A stretch of 64,000 nucleotides of DNA, from NCBI RefSeq assembly GCF_006345805.1, contig NC_042997.1, forward strand, positions 42,160,001-42,224,000. Direction: 5' to 3'. Below, piece after piece: positions 23,805 through 36,199 of this stretch (position 1 is the stretch's first letter; each line of letters starts with the position of its first letter). The notes beneath the pieces were generated by a model, which had not been told where the DNA came from, searched no databases, and worked only from the letters and a program-made list of their open reading frames with translations. A program made the translations under genes and the position numbers. This DNA comes from Octopus sinensis. Taxonomy: Eukaryota.

Positions 23805-24610
23805 CTCTTCTCCTCTTTTACTTGTCTCAGTCATTTGACTACAGCCATGCTGGTGCACCGCTCTAAAGGGTGTCAGTCGAACAAATCGACCCCAGGACTT
23901 ATTCTTTGTAAGCCTAGTACAGTAGATCCTTACAGTACGAGTAATTTGCTATACAATCCGAGGCTCGTGCGAATTTTTGTCTTGAAGCACGTGCGGAAAT
24001 CCGCAGTACCAGCACACAAGTCGTCCATCTTTAGAGTAATACAGTTAATTAAAACCAGTTTACATTTTCCTTTGTGCATTCTCTTTTGTATAATCATCGT
24101 TTTACTTGTAACTACACCTTTACTGTTTTAAAACCTAGAAAAAAATTATTTTTGAGTGGGGTTTTTGGGGGGTGGGGTGAGGTGGGGTGCTAGAACGGAT
24201 TAATTACATTTTAGTTAAATTTCAATGGAGAAAATTGATTTGTAAAACGAGTAAATCATAAGACGAGTTCGGTCACGGAATGAATTGAACTCATACTGCA
24301 AAGTATCAGTGTACTTGTTCTATTGCTCTCTTTTGTCGAACCGCTAAGTTATGGGGACGTAAACACACCAACATCGGTTCTCAAGTGATAGTGGAGGAAC
24401 AAACAGAGACACAAGACACATGCACATATATGTGTGTGTATGTGTGTGTGACGGGCTTCCTTCAGTTTCCGCCGACCAAATCCACTCACAAGGTTTAGGT
24501 CGGTCCCTGGTTATAGTGGAAGACTTTAACCAAGGTGCCACGCAGTGGGACTGAACCTGGAACCGTGTGATTGGGCAGGAAGCTTCTTACCTGCCAATTA
24601 ACCACACGCT
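23805..24610 (-). mobile_element. SINE family B split by a MITE
   Basis: Tail part 23805-23919 resumes at 24312 (TACTTGTTCTATTG...). Confidence 0.8.
23920..24311. mobile_element. Tigger/pogo-type MITE
   Basis: TA TSD at 23918-19 and 24312-13; imperfect ~23-bp TIRs CAGTAGATCCTTACAGTACGAGT / revcomp CACTGATACTTTGCAGTATGAGT; right end matches the Tigger end at 55702. Confidence 0.75.
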
Positions 24611-25620
24611 CTCTTTATTTGATCTTCACTTTAGGTTTTATTCGTATTATTATTTTTCTTTTACTATACGTTTGTCAAAGTTCTTTCATTACATATTTTG
24701 TAACCGCATCTGCCCTTTGTGTCTCGTCTTGTTCTGCTTATTCCATTTTCAAAAGATGTATAAACTAAAAATAATACGAATAAAAACTAATTTTAAAAAA
24801 CGAATAAAAAATAGGGCGTGTGTTTAATTGGCAAAAAAAAAATAAATAAAAGAAGAGAGAGACCATCCGCAAGTATAACAATATCTGTTTCAAAACATGC
24901 CAGTTCACATCCAAGAATCTTGCAAAACAAAAACATATTATACTCTTCGTGTTTGTTTAGATTTAGTAATGATGATAGTTTTCACAGGTTAATGAAATTA
25001 TGTTCTTAAATGTTTGTGAGTTGTAAAATTAGCAGTGATGTAATTTTAGTTTAATTCATAAATGTCGAAATTTACACCAATAACAACGAGTACAATGAAA
25101 ATATCTCTACGAAATTAAGAAATTGTAGTTGAAAATATGAAAATTAAAATTAAAATTGGAAGCCTGAATTAACGTAAGGGAAGTAATCGAGAAATATATA
25201 TGTATATTTATCTCCCCTGCACGCTTCAGTTAATTAATGGTTCTCAAACATGCCAGTTCACTTTCTCCAAATATTAGAGAAAATATTTTATCCCGCCTCT
25301 TTATAACGGAAATGACAAAAGACGATTTACACCCATTTTATATTTTACTTTTTTCGCCATAATGTTGAACAAATTTAAAATTTTAAAACCAATTTGTATC
25401 CTGCTTTTTAGTTTTCACAGGACCCTTCATCTAGGGAAGGTCTCTCTGTTCCAATATGAAACCCTGTTCTAAAATGAGTATCATTTTTATTTTTTTTTTA
25501 GATCATTAATTACCAGACGTGTATATTTTAACAGATCGAGCATTATATGCCAGTTCTTTTCCCATTAAAATGTGAGCATTCAACCGGGGTGGGGGTGGGG
25601 GGCTGAGTTGTTGAAAAAGA

Positions 25621-25822
25621 GGTAATTTCTACTCTTCTCTTCTGGAAGCCATCTACCCGCAATACCAGAGGGCGCGCACTCTCCTACCCTGATGTAATCT
25701 TCAGGGATACAGGCATCCAGCAACAGGACCTCCGTAATGCCATGATGGACTGTGAAGTCTGGCGTAGCATGGTAAATTCCATTGTCTCGACCACGGTCAA
25801 ACAATGATGATGATGATGATGA
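25621..25822 (+). mobile_element. RTE-clade LINE 3' end
   Basis: ISTLLFWKPSTRNTRGRALSYPDVIFRDTGIQQQDLRNAMMDCEVWRSMV followed by a (TGA)n tail. Confidence 0.75.
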
Positions 25823-26111
25823 GTTGTTGATTCTGCATCCCCAGTTTACCCTTCTTTCGAAGTCAGTATATATAAATGGAAGAAAAAAACGAAACAAAAA
25901 CAAAAGACACAAAAAAATCATCATAACTTTATGATAATCCTATGGTATGATAGATATCCGTAGAGCATCGAGTAGTAAAGCTGTTAACGACTCCTCGCCA
26001 AAACCGTGATGATATGGTTCCAATTATTGCTAGAATAGCTTAGCATTCACATTTCAAAAATTTCAGAGACTTTCTTCACTAATAATAATGCTGGTAATAA
26101 TAATAATAATA

Positions 26112-26156
<45 letters not shown>

Positions 26157-26165
26157 TAATAATAA

Positions 26166-26267
26166 TTACCTGTGAGTAATCTGCGAATGCATAAAATGAG
26201 CTTCCCTACCCTAGATGTACGGAAAACACTTGGCGAGAAATGGAAGAAAATTTAAAGAAAGAAGGAA

Positions 26268-26323
<56 letters not shown>

Positions 26324-26454
26324 TAATAATAATAATAATGATAATAATAATTACCTGTGAGTAATCTGCGAATGCATAAAATGAGCTTCCCTACCCTAGA
26401 TGTACGGAAAACACTTGGCGAGAAATGGAAGAAAATTTAAAGAAAGAAGGAAAA
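26166..26454 (+). repeat. Two identical 104-bp Dong-like 3'-UTR pieces separated by (TAA)n
   Basis: TTACCTGTGAG...GAAGGAAAAT at 26166-26269 and 26351-26454; resembles the 3' UTR at ~21025-21070. Confidence 0.75.
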
Positions 26455-26456
26455 TG

Positions 26457-26501
<45 letters not shown>

Positions 26502-26517
26502 TAATAATAATAATATC

Positions 26518-26603
<86 letters not shown>

Positions 26604-26643
26604 TGATGATGATGACGATAATGATAATGATAATAATAATAAT

Positions 26644-26686
<43 letters not shown>

Positions 26687-26799
26687 TTTTCTGCTATAAG
26701 CACAAGGCCTGAAATTGTGGGGGAGGGGACCAGTCGATTTCCCAGGGTGATTTTTCTGTCACCCTTGCTTTTCTGTCTTTCTCTGACCCCGTAAACAAA

Positions 26800-27205
26800 C
26801 TAGTTAAATGAAACCATCCTGAGTTATAGATGCTATGGACAAACAATAAACCATATTCTGTACATGGATGATTTTAAAATTGTCTCTAAAGATACCAGAG
26901 AAACCTTCTGATGAAAATATTGTTCAAAAAGAAGTGGGGAAATTGTCAAAGTACAAAACCCTCGAAATTGGAGTATTCAAGATGTGGGGCATGAAGGCGA
27001 AAACAATACCAGTAATAACTGGAGCACTGGGCATGATAAAAAGCATATGAACAAAAACGTAGAAGCTGTACCTGGATCCTCAACACTACACACTGTCCAA
27101 ATAGTAGCCCTACTAGGAACAGCCCACATCCTACGCAAGACACTACAACTCAAACAAAGCAATCCACAAAAACAAGGCACACTCTATATAGCAAATATCC
27201 AATAA
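26800..27205 (+). pseudogene. Dong/R4 LINE remnant with large internal deletion
   Basis: YRCYGQTINHILYMDDFK (RT) is joined within ~30 bp to KLSKYKTLEI..WGMKAKTIPVITGALG..ALLGTAHILRKTL (endonuclease C-terminus). Confidence 0.75.
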
Positions 27206-27397
27206 AATAAACTACCATCAGCAGGCGACATACCCAACGCATTACACACGCAACTGCATCACACGCCATTAAAAAAAACTGACGCAATACAATACCAAGA
27301 AGAGTTTGCATTCTCCCAACAGCAAAAAAGAACGCATTGCTGCACATACCTCAACAATAGGGTAACAGGTAACAGTAACAGGTGATGCAGTGGAAAT

Positions 27398-28095
27398 TTG
27401 CCTGACCCTAAATGCAGATTCTGCGACACATTTGACGTAACAATAGACCACCTCTTTTTGGGATGTCCTGTACTGGCACCAGACGAATACAAAAATCGCC
27501 ACGATAGAGTAGGACAGTTTTCACATTGGAAAATATGTAACACTATAAAATCGGTACTCCTGCTTACTGGAGGTAAAAATGTCACTATCTTCTGGGATTT
27601 TCCAGTCAACACCGACAGAACGATCCAGGCTAATCGACCAGACATAATTTTTAAAGACAGGGAAGAGAATACTTGTAAATTAATAGATGTAAGTGGTCCC
27701 ACTGATGAAAATATATCTGTAAAGGAATTTGACAAATTAAATAAATATAAAAACCTGGAAATTGAAATACAAAAGATGTGGAATTTTAAAGCAAGAACTG
27801 TTCTTGTTATTATATGTGCCCTTGGTATAATAAAAAGGGATGTCAGAAACATCAAGATAATATCCCAGGAGAACCATGTCTCAGAGAAATCCAAAAGATT
27901 GTTCTAACAAGTACTGCTCACATCCTTAGAAAAACCTTATCAATTTAAATGTCTGTGTTGTATTACATGAAGAGATTTCGCTACTGCCCCTACCACTTCC
28001 CTTCCCCTAAACTTTCAGTCATACTGTAACATCTCTTATCTTTCACTCACCTCAGGACGCTGGGTGTGTCTCGGCAAGTGATTGTAACAAACATT
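27398..28095 (+). mobile_element. Dong/R4 LINE 3' fragment
   Basis: CRFCDTFDVTIDHLFLGC, RHDRV, RPDIIFKD..LIDVS, KEFDKLNKYKNLEIEI; 3' UTR runs into (TAA)n. Confidence 0.85.
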
Positions 28096-28270
28096 GAGAT
28101 TAAAAGTAAATAACAGTAATAATAATAATCCTTTCTACTGAAGGCACAAGTCCTGAAATTTTGAGGGAGGGGGACTTGTCGATTACATCGACCCCAATGT
28201 ACTTATTTTACCAACCCCGAAAGGATGAAAGGTAAATTTGACCTCGGCGGAATTTGAACGTGACGGGCGA

Positions 28271-28301
<31 letters not shown>

Positions 28302-28317
28302 TAATAATAATAATAAT

Positions 28318-28351
<34 letters not shown>

Positions 28352-28591
28352 AATTATATAATAATAATAATATAATTATTATTATTATAATAATAATAAT
28401 TATAATAATAATAATTATATTATTATTATTATTATAATAATAAATAATAATAATAATAATATTATAATAATAATGATAATTATATTATTATTATTATTAT
28501 ATTTATATATAATAATAATAATTATAATAATAATAATAATAATTTTATTATTATTATTATTATTATTATAATTATAATAATAATAATAATA

Positions 28592-28625
<34 letters not shown>

Positions 28626-28641
28626 TTATTATTATTATTAT

Positions 28642-28676
<35 letters not shown>

Positions 28677-28677
28677 T

Positions 28678-30374
28678 GAGAACTGGATGCGGATATAAAT
28701 GTTACGGCAAAATGATCAGCCACCTTTTATACATGGATGACCTAAAACTATACGCTGCAAATGACAAACAGCTGGAAACACTATTAAAGACAGTTCATGG
28801 ATTTACCAAAGAAATAGATATGAAATTTGGATTAGAAAAATGTGCCAAAGTAACCCTGAAAAGGGGAAAACTAGTTAAGAGTAGCAACATCACACTAGAT
28901 AAAGCCAATGAAATAAGAGAATTAGACCAAAGCCAAACTTACAAATACTTAGGAATCCATGAACTAGATAAGACACAACACATACAAATGAAAGAGAAAA
29001 TAAAAAAAAGAATATTATGGACGAGTTAGATCAATACTAAAAACAGAGCTCAATGCTAAAAACAAGATAATAGGTATTAACAGTTATAAGTTACAGCTAC
29101 AATATCCTTAACTGGACACTAAATGAACTGACCAAAATAGATAGGAAAACAAGAAAAATAATGACAGGGTCTAGGATGCATCACCCAAAATCTGACATAG
29201 AAAGACTATATATACAACGTATAGAAGGTGGTAGAGGCCTTATACAGCTGGAAAACTACTATAAAATAACCACCATAGGACTGCAAAAATATCTACTTCA
29301 GAAGGAAGGAAAACTGATACAAATAGCGGCAAAACACGAGCAAAAAAAAAAAAACTGTTCTCAGTATTTAAGGAAGCTGACAAATACAAACAAGAAATCA
29401 TACCACTAATAAATATGAAGAAGAAGAAGAAGAAAATGAAGAAACAACAAAAGCTATAAAACAAATGAAATCCAAACTAAAAATAGAACAGCAACGAGCC
29501 ATGATAAAACGATGGCAAGAAAAACCCCTTCATGGTTAATACTGGACTAAACTAAACGCAAAATAAATAGACAAAGAAAAATCCCAGCAATGGTTGAGAA
29601 GCTCAGGACTCAAAGCAGAAACAGAGGGATTTTTAATTGCAGCACAAGACCAAAGCCTCCCCACTAGAAATTACCAAAAACATGTAATGAAAAGAAATAT
29701 AACAAGTAACTGCAGAATATGTGGAGATGGACAAGAAACAATAAATCATATTATCTCTGGCTGCCCAGTCCTAGCAAAGAAGGAATATATTCACAGATAT
29801 GACAAAGTTGGAACCTACATACACTGGAAGCTATGCCAACATTATGGAATAACAACAGAAAAAAGATGGTATAGGCACACACCAGAAAAGGTCACAGAAA
29901 ACGAGAAAGCAACCATACTCTGGGATATGCCGATGCATACAGATAGAGAAATTAAGGCCAACAGACCAGATATAGTTGTCAGAGATCATGAAGAAAAAAA
30001 ATGCTTTCTAATTGATATATCAATACCGGCAGATGACAACGTGTCTCTAAAAGAAATGGAGAAACTTTCAAAATACAAAGACCTGGAAATAGAGGTAACC
30101 AGAATGTGGAATCTAAAAACAGAAACAATTCCTATCATAGTAGGTGCATTAGGCATGATAAAAAAATATTCAGACAAATACATAACAAAAACACCAGGAC
30201 TTACAAACACATATAACATACAGAAAATTGCACTACTAGGCACTGCACACATCCTACGCAGAACACTTTCCATACAATAAACATCAGAGCATCACAACAA
30301 ATCACAGCACATACCTAAGGCACACAGAGCTGCGCTCGGTAGTGAAGTGAAAGTACGCTATAAAAATAAAACTA

Positions 30375-30378
<4 letters not shown>
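28678..30378 (+). mobile_element. Dong/R4 LINE, 5'-truncated at RT, several frameshifts, in (TAA)n
   Basis: HLLYMDDLKLYA, YKYLG, GGRGL, CRICGDGQETINHIISGC, RPDIVVRD..FLIDISIP, TAHILRRTLSIQ*; TAA runs on both sides. Confidence 0.92.
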
Positions 30379-30423
<45 letters not shown>

Positions 30424-30601
30424 TAATAATAATAATAATAATAATAATTTTTTCTACTGGAGGCACAAGGCCTGAAATTTGTGGGGAGGGGACTAGTCGA
30501 TTACATCGACCCCAGTGTTTTACTGGTACTTAATTTATTGACCCCTAAAGGATGAAAGCAAAGTCAACCTTGGCGGAAATAGAACTCAGAACATAGAGAC
30601 G

Positions 30602-31145
30602 AACAAAGGGAGAGCAATCTATTGGGAGCTTTGTAGAAAGCTGGGATTTGAACATACTGATAAATGGTATGAACATGAGCCTAGTAAAGTACTAGAAAGT
30701 AAGAAATATAAGATGTTGTGGGACTATAACATTCAGACTGACAGGGTAATAGAAGCTAGAGGGTCTGATTTAGTAGTGGTAGATAAAGAGAATAGAAAGT
30801 GCCAGATAATTGACTTTACAGTACCAAATGAGGAAAAAAATAATATGAGAAGTATAGAAAAAGTAGCAAAGTACCAGGACCTAGCTATTGAATTAAGGAG
30901 TAAAATGCATCCCAGTCGTTATGGGTGCATTGGGAACTATCCCTAAAAATCTGAACAGATGGATAGAGGAAATAGGCATAAAACCCAGGTTAGTACAGCT
31001 GCAGAAAACTGCTAGGATACTTAGGAGGGTTCTTGACATCAAAGGTTACTTGCTGTAACCCAATAGGAAGGTCCTTGGCATCTAAGGCTACTTGCTGTAG
31101 CCCGATGTTAGGATTTCTTTTCTTTTCGGTTGAGTCTAATCTGTT
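30602..31145 (+). pseudogene. Diverged Dong/R4 LINE endonuclease fragment (different subfamily)
   Basis: KWYEHEP..LWDYNIQTDRVIEARGSDLVVVDK..IIDFTVP..EKVAKYQDLAIEL..VMGALGTIP. Confidence 0.8.
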
Positions 31146-31169
31146 GAGTGTATATGAATGATAATAATA

Positions 31170-31530
31170 ATAATCCTTTCTACTCTAGGCACAAGGCCTG
31201 AAATTTGCGAGGAGAGGCCAGTCGATTAGATCAACCCCAATACGCAACTGGTACTTAATTTATCGACCCCGAAAGGATGAAAAGTAAAGTCGACCATGGC
31301 GGAATTTGAACTCAGAACATAAAGATGAACGAAATACCGCTAAGCATTTCGTCCAGGGTACTAACAATTCTGCCACCTCACCGCCTTTTTTATAATCCTT
31401 TCTACTATAGGCACAAGACCAGAAATATGGTGGGGAAACGACGAGTCGTTTATATCGACCCCGAAAGGATAAAAGGCAAAGTCGACCTCGGTAGAATTTG
31501 AATTCAGAACTTAAAGACGGACGAAATATA
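31170..31530 (-). mobile_element. Two adjacent SINE-C (tail 2) copies; further copies at ~28125-28270, ~30450-30600, ~38010-38235, ~39335-39550
   Basis: Recurrent AATCCTTTCTACT..GGCACAAG..CGACCCCGAAAGGAT..GTCGACC..GAACTCAGAAC. Confidence 0.78.
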
Positions 31531-31724
31531 AGGCCAGTAGTTTTGAGGATTAGTACTTAATAGGTAAAGACAAAGTTGGTAAAGTCTTAGTGAAAGACAA
31601 AGCTGATCTCAGCAGAATTTGAACTCGGAATATAAAGAGCCACTGGAAATATAAGTTTTTTTTATAACATTTCCTACAAAAGATCTATAATCTTTGAGGC
31701 CGCGGATTGTTAGGTGAATATGGT

Positions 31725-32115
31725 GGATGGATGGAAGCACTCCGTCGGTTACGACGACGAGGGTTCCGGTTGATCCGAATCAACGGAACAGCCTGCTCGT
31801 GAAATTAACGTGTAAGTGGCTGAGCACTCCACAGACACGTATACCCTTAACGTAGTTCTCGGGGATATTCAGCGTGACACAGAGAGTGACAAGGCTGGCC
31901 CTTTGAAATACAAGGTACAACAGAAACAGGAAGTAAGAGTGAGAGAAAGTTGTGGTGAAAGAGTACAGCAGGGATCACCACCATCCCCTACCGGAGCCTC
32001 GTGGAGCTTTAGGTGTTTTCGCTCAATAAACACTCACAACGCCCGGTCTGGGAATCGAAACCGCGATCCTATGACCGCGAGTCCGCTGCCCTAACCACTG
32101 GGCCATTGCACCTCC
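31725..32115 (-). mobile_element. SINE family A
   Basis: 14-bp TSD with 2 mismatches: TAGGTGAATATGGT (31711) and TTGGTGAGTATGGT (32116). Confidence 0.9.
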
Positions 32116-32528
32116 TTGGTGAGTATGGTACTATTGAAGAGACAACTTGTAAATAAGTATCACTCGGTTGAACTCTACTTTACAAAGAACTACAGTATAA
32201 GCAATGTCCTATAATGAAAGACGTTCTTTTCTCAGATAGTGTGTATTTATGATTATCACATTTTGGTGCACATTGTTCAAAAAGTTTTTTAAAACTTCAG
32301 GGACATGATCAGGATTAAGAACAGGTTGGATTCCCAAGGCTAATATCTTTTTAATTATGAAATTATAGGGAAAATGAACTTCCTTTTCATAGACAGTGAC
32401 GATAACCACAAAGATCCCCCAATTATTAAAATGGATCTTTAATTCTCTAACTAGATTTTTTAAAAAACCTTAAAATTTGAGTTATTAGTAATTATATAGT
32501 AAAATATGTTATACAAAAATTATTATTA

Positions 32529-32740
32529 CCGTATTTGACAGCATGAAAGATGCACAAGCATATTGGATGCATCTTAATTTCAGCAGCGTAAGTTCAGGAG
32601 TAAAAAGTGTTTAGTAAATTAAAGATTGTACTATACGCCAGACTTTGCATATAGGATCCGAGGTGATTTAAACAATTTTTTTAGACTACCCCACATTCAC
32701 CCCACTCCCCCAAGTATACCTTATATACCATCAAATACGG
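32529..32740. mobile_element. Small pogo-type MITE
   Basis: TA|CCGTATTTGA ... TCAAATACGG|TA; same CCGTA terminus style as 54235-55492. Confidence 0.55.
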
Positions 32741-33534
32741 TAATTTTATATTATAATCATTGGCATTCCAGTCGATCCGATTAAGGAACAACCAGCTCAC
32801 GAAAATGATTATTAACTTCTTTAGTCAATAAATGAAAGGCACAATGTCAGTCGATCCCTTGTACTTATTTCTTCGAGCCTAGTACTTATTCAGTCGCTAA
32901 GTTACTGAGGACGTACACAAAACTAACACTAGTTATCAAGCGTTGAGCACACATACACACAAACACACACAAGCATGTACATGTGTGTATGTGCGATAGG
33001 CTTCTTTCAGTTTCCGGCAGCCAAATTCACTCACAAGGCTTTGGTCGGCCGAAGGTGTCACGCAGTGGGGCGGACTGAACCTGGAACCGTAAACCATGTG
33101 GTTTGAAAGCAAGCTTCTTATCACATAGCCGCGCTTGCGTTTACAATTTCAGGGTTTTAAAGACATGATTTTATTTCCGCGACACATTTAGCTACATCTG
33201 GCGGTACACCAATAAAGCCGAGGCCTTAAATGTCATTATTCCTTTATCTAATGTCATGCGATTTGTTTTTTAAGAAAGTCGAACAAATATACTGTTGCCT
33301 AGTAACGGAGATAACAAGCTGTCGACCCGCTTAAAAGAGATAAACGACATCAAAGATAAGCATCTAGGGACAGCGGATTTGGTCAATCACGCACTCGACC
33401 GCAATCATATACCTATACACTCACACACATATACACATGCATATATATATACACACGACATAGACATACACACACATACATAGACATGCACACATACATA
33501 CATACATACATACATACATACATACATACATACA

Positions 33535-33565
<31 letters not shown>

Positions 33566-33574
33566 GTGTGTGTA

Positions 33575-33605
<31 letters not shown>

Positions 33606-33774
33606 TATATATACATACAGAATATGGGGGTTTAGTTCACTGGTGATCTAAACGAATAAGTACGCTGGGTAAATGCTGTAACGGATTATCATGGTTCCAA
33701 GCTAGCGTAACTGAGACGTGAGCTATGGATCCATTTAGATTTCTGATTTAGCAGATATATTGTAGTCCTCTTTC

Positions 33775-33864
<90 letters not shown>

Positions 33865-33869
33865 ATATA

Positions 33870-35123
33870 TCGGCCATCTCATAAGTTCTGTCCGATTTTA
33901 CCTTTTTTAAAATTGAATGAAATTTAATGCTATTTTAGAATGTCTAAAGGAATTAAAAATTATTTTTATGCATTTGTGTACATTTACACTAATTAAATGC
34001 TAATTTACAGAATAATAGAATTAAAATTTCTTTGACTAAAACCTTTTCTAACATGGAAGTATCCAAAGAGCATTTAAGGCACATAATGCTTTATGAGTAC
34101 AAAAAAGGAAACTCTGCAGCCGAAGCGACTCGAAACATACACTCAGTTTATTGGACAGAATGCTTGAATGAAAGAATTGCAGAAGATGGTTTGCAAAATT
34201 CAGAAGTGGAGATTTCAGCCTGAAGATGAAGATTGAACAGAATGTCCAGCTGAGTTTGATGATAAGCTCCTTGAGGCATTACTTGAAGAAAATACTGCAT
34301 TATCAGTTGAAGAATTGGCAATAAAGCTTAGATCAAACCATACAACTGTTCATCGTCATCTTCAACAACTTGGAAAGGTTCCTAAACTTGGAAAATGGGT
34401 GCCTCATGAAATGTCCGAAAGCAAACGCAAACCCCGTGTTGATATCGGCTCGTCTTTCCATTCTCGCAAATTCCTTTCACCCTTTTTGGATAGACTTGTG
34501 ATATCGAAATGTTAAATGTCGTAAACAGTGGGTTGGTAAAAGGGAAAAAACTCAACCACAACCAAGAAGGGAACTACAAGGGAGAAAAGGTTCTTCTCTC
34601 TGTCTGGTGGAATTGCAAAGAAGTATTTAACTTTGAATTGTTACCACCTAATGCAACAACCAATGCCCAAGTCTACTGTCAGCTATTAGAGCGTTTGAAC
34701 CAAGCTTTGAAGAGAAAAAGACTCACTTTAGTGAATCGAAAAGGATTGATGTTTCATCGGGACAATGGGCGACTCCACACTGCAAAGATCACATCACAGA
34801 AGATCGAAGAGCTTGTCTGGGAAAAAATTCCTCATCCACCTTATTCTCCCAACGTTGCTCCTTCAGACTATCATTTGTTTTGTAGTTTACAGAATCATTT
34901 GGGGGACATAACTTTCGCAAGTCAGGAGGAGGTCGAAACTGACATTTCAGAGTTCTTCGCCTTGAAACCAAAAGAGTTTTACATTGATAGGATTGTAAAT
35001 AGATGGAAGGAATTCATAGATAATCAGGGAAAGTACATTGATGATTAAATTTCAATTAAATATAACATTTGATCACTTGTTTTCTTTATTCAAAATTCGG
35101 ACAGAACTTATAGGATGACCTGA
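33870..35123 (+). mobile_element. Mariner (DD34D) DNA transposon, full length, decayed
   Basis: ~30-bp TIRs TCGGCCATCTCATAAGTTCTGTCCGATTTT (33870) and revcomp TCAGGTCATCCTATAAGTTCTGTCCGAATTTT (35092-35123). Confidence 0.92.
34053..35048 (+). pseudogene. Mariner transposase (frameshifted)
   Basis: MEVSKEHLRHIMLYEYKKG, WVPHEM, HRDNGRLH, HPPYSPNVAPSDYHLF; 34 residues between the last two catalytic Asp. Confidence 0.92.
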
Positions 35124-35235
35124 AACGTTAAACCCTCCTTCTTCCCTTCTTTCCTGAGCGTCCAATAATACTATATTTGTTCCACGTCCTCGCGTTGTTG
35201 TGTTTTTTTGTGCTTTCTTGTTTGGATTAACTATA
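35124..35235 (+). mobile_element. Penelope-like terminal fragment abutting the mariner TIR
   Basis: AACGTTAAACCCTCC..CCTGAGCG..CCACGTCCTCGC..(TA)n matches the minus-strand copy at 47690-47790. Confidence 0.6.
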
Positions 35236-35246
35236 TATATATATAT

Positions 35247-36015
35247 AATGTATGATAGATTGCAGTCAATTCATTCTCTCTTACCTGTTTGTGTCTGCCT
35301 TCCAAATGCTGTTTTTACTGAGATCTCCCTTTTTAGTAGAGAAATAGCTATAACCCTTTGACTGCTATTTCTAAATTCGGTATGTGGTAAGGCAACTCGT
35401 TGCTAAACCCTTATTGCTTAGTATTACTTAATTTCCTCGAATGAGGCTTTTACATGCCGAAGACTACTTGGTGTAATTGATAATTTTTCCAATTAATTAA
35501 TTTCACCCTTCATTATTACGGATAACCATATTTTATCTCATAGATGACCACAGCATCTTGTTTTGGCTAACGCGGGTGGGAAGGGGCTGTTGACACAATC
35601 GTTTTCATTCACAAATTGAATTCGGTGATACCAGTTGCGGATTCTAGCTCGCTCTGATACTGAGTTGAGTTGGTGCCTTCTGGTATCTCAAAATTCAATA
35701 TATAATCATTTATGATTATAGTATTCTACGCTGAAGAGAAAAGAAGTTTCGGTAAGATAGAATTATTAATATTTAATATTTAATTCTTATGCTTTCCTAA
35801 AAACTTGATTCGAAACGTACGTCCGTGGATAACTAAAAAATGTATGATAGATTGCAGTCAATTCATTCTCTCTTACCTGTTTGTGTCTGCCTCCAAATGC
35901 TGTTTTTACTGAGATCTCCCTTTTTAGTAGAAGAAATAGCTATAACCCTTTGACTGCTATTTCTAAATTCGGTATGTGGTAAGGCAACTCGTTGCTAAAC
36001 CCTTATGCTTAGTAT
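35247..36015 (+). mobile_element. Retrozyme-like partial tandem (R-U-R; 592-nt period) inserted in (TA)n
   Basis: ~178-bp direct repeats at 35247-35424 and 35839-36015; hammerhead just upstream of the second repeat; no ORF seen. Confidence 0.75.
35726..35828 (+). ncRNA. Type I hammerhead ribozyme motif
   Basis: Stem I CTACG/CGTGG; core CTGAAGA (35731-37); long stem II (GAA..AAGTTT / AAACTT..TTC); GAAAC (35812-16); palindromic stem III ACGTACGT; GUC cleavage after 35823. Confidence 0.8.
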
Positions 36016-36049
36016 ATATATATATATATATATATTTTATATATATAGA

Positions 36050-36080
<31 letters not shown>

Positions 36081-36096
36081 GAAACTAACATGTATA

Positions 36097-36130
<34 letters not shown>

Positions 36131-36199
36131 TATATAATAATATATATATATATATATAATATATATATATATTATATATATATATTATATATATATATA

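Noticed and set aside
32209-32409. 66-aa non-repetitive ORF as a possible host exon
   Set aside because: No recognisable domain and no convincing splice signals or neighbouring exons
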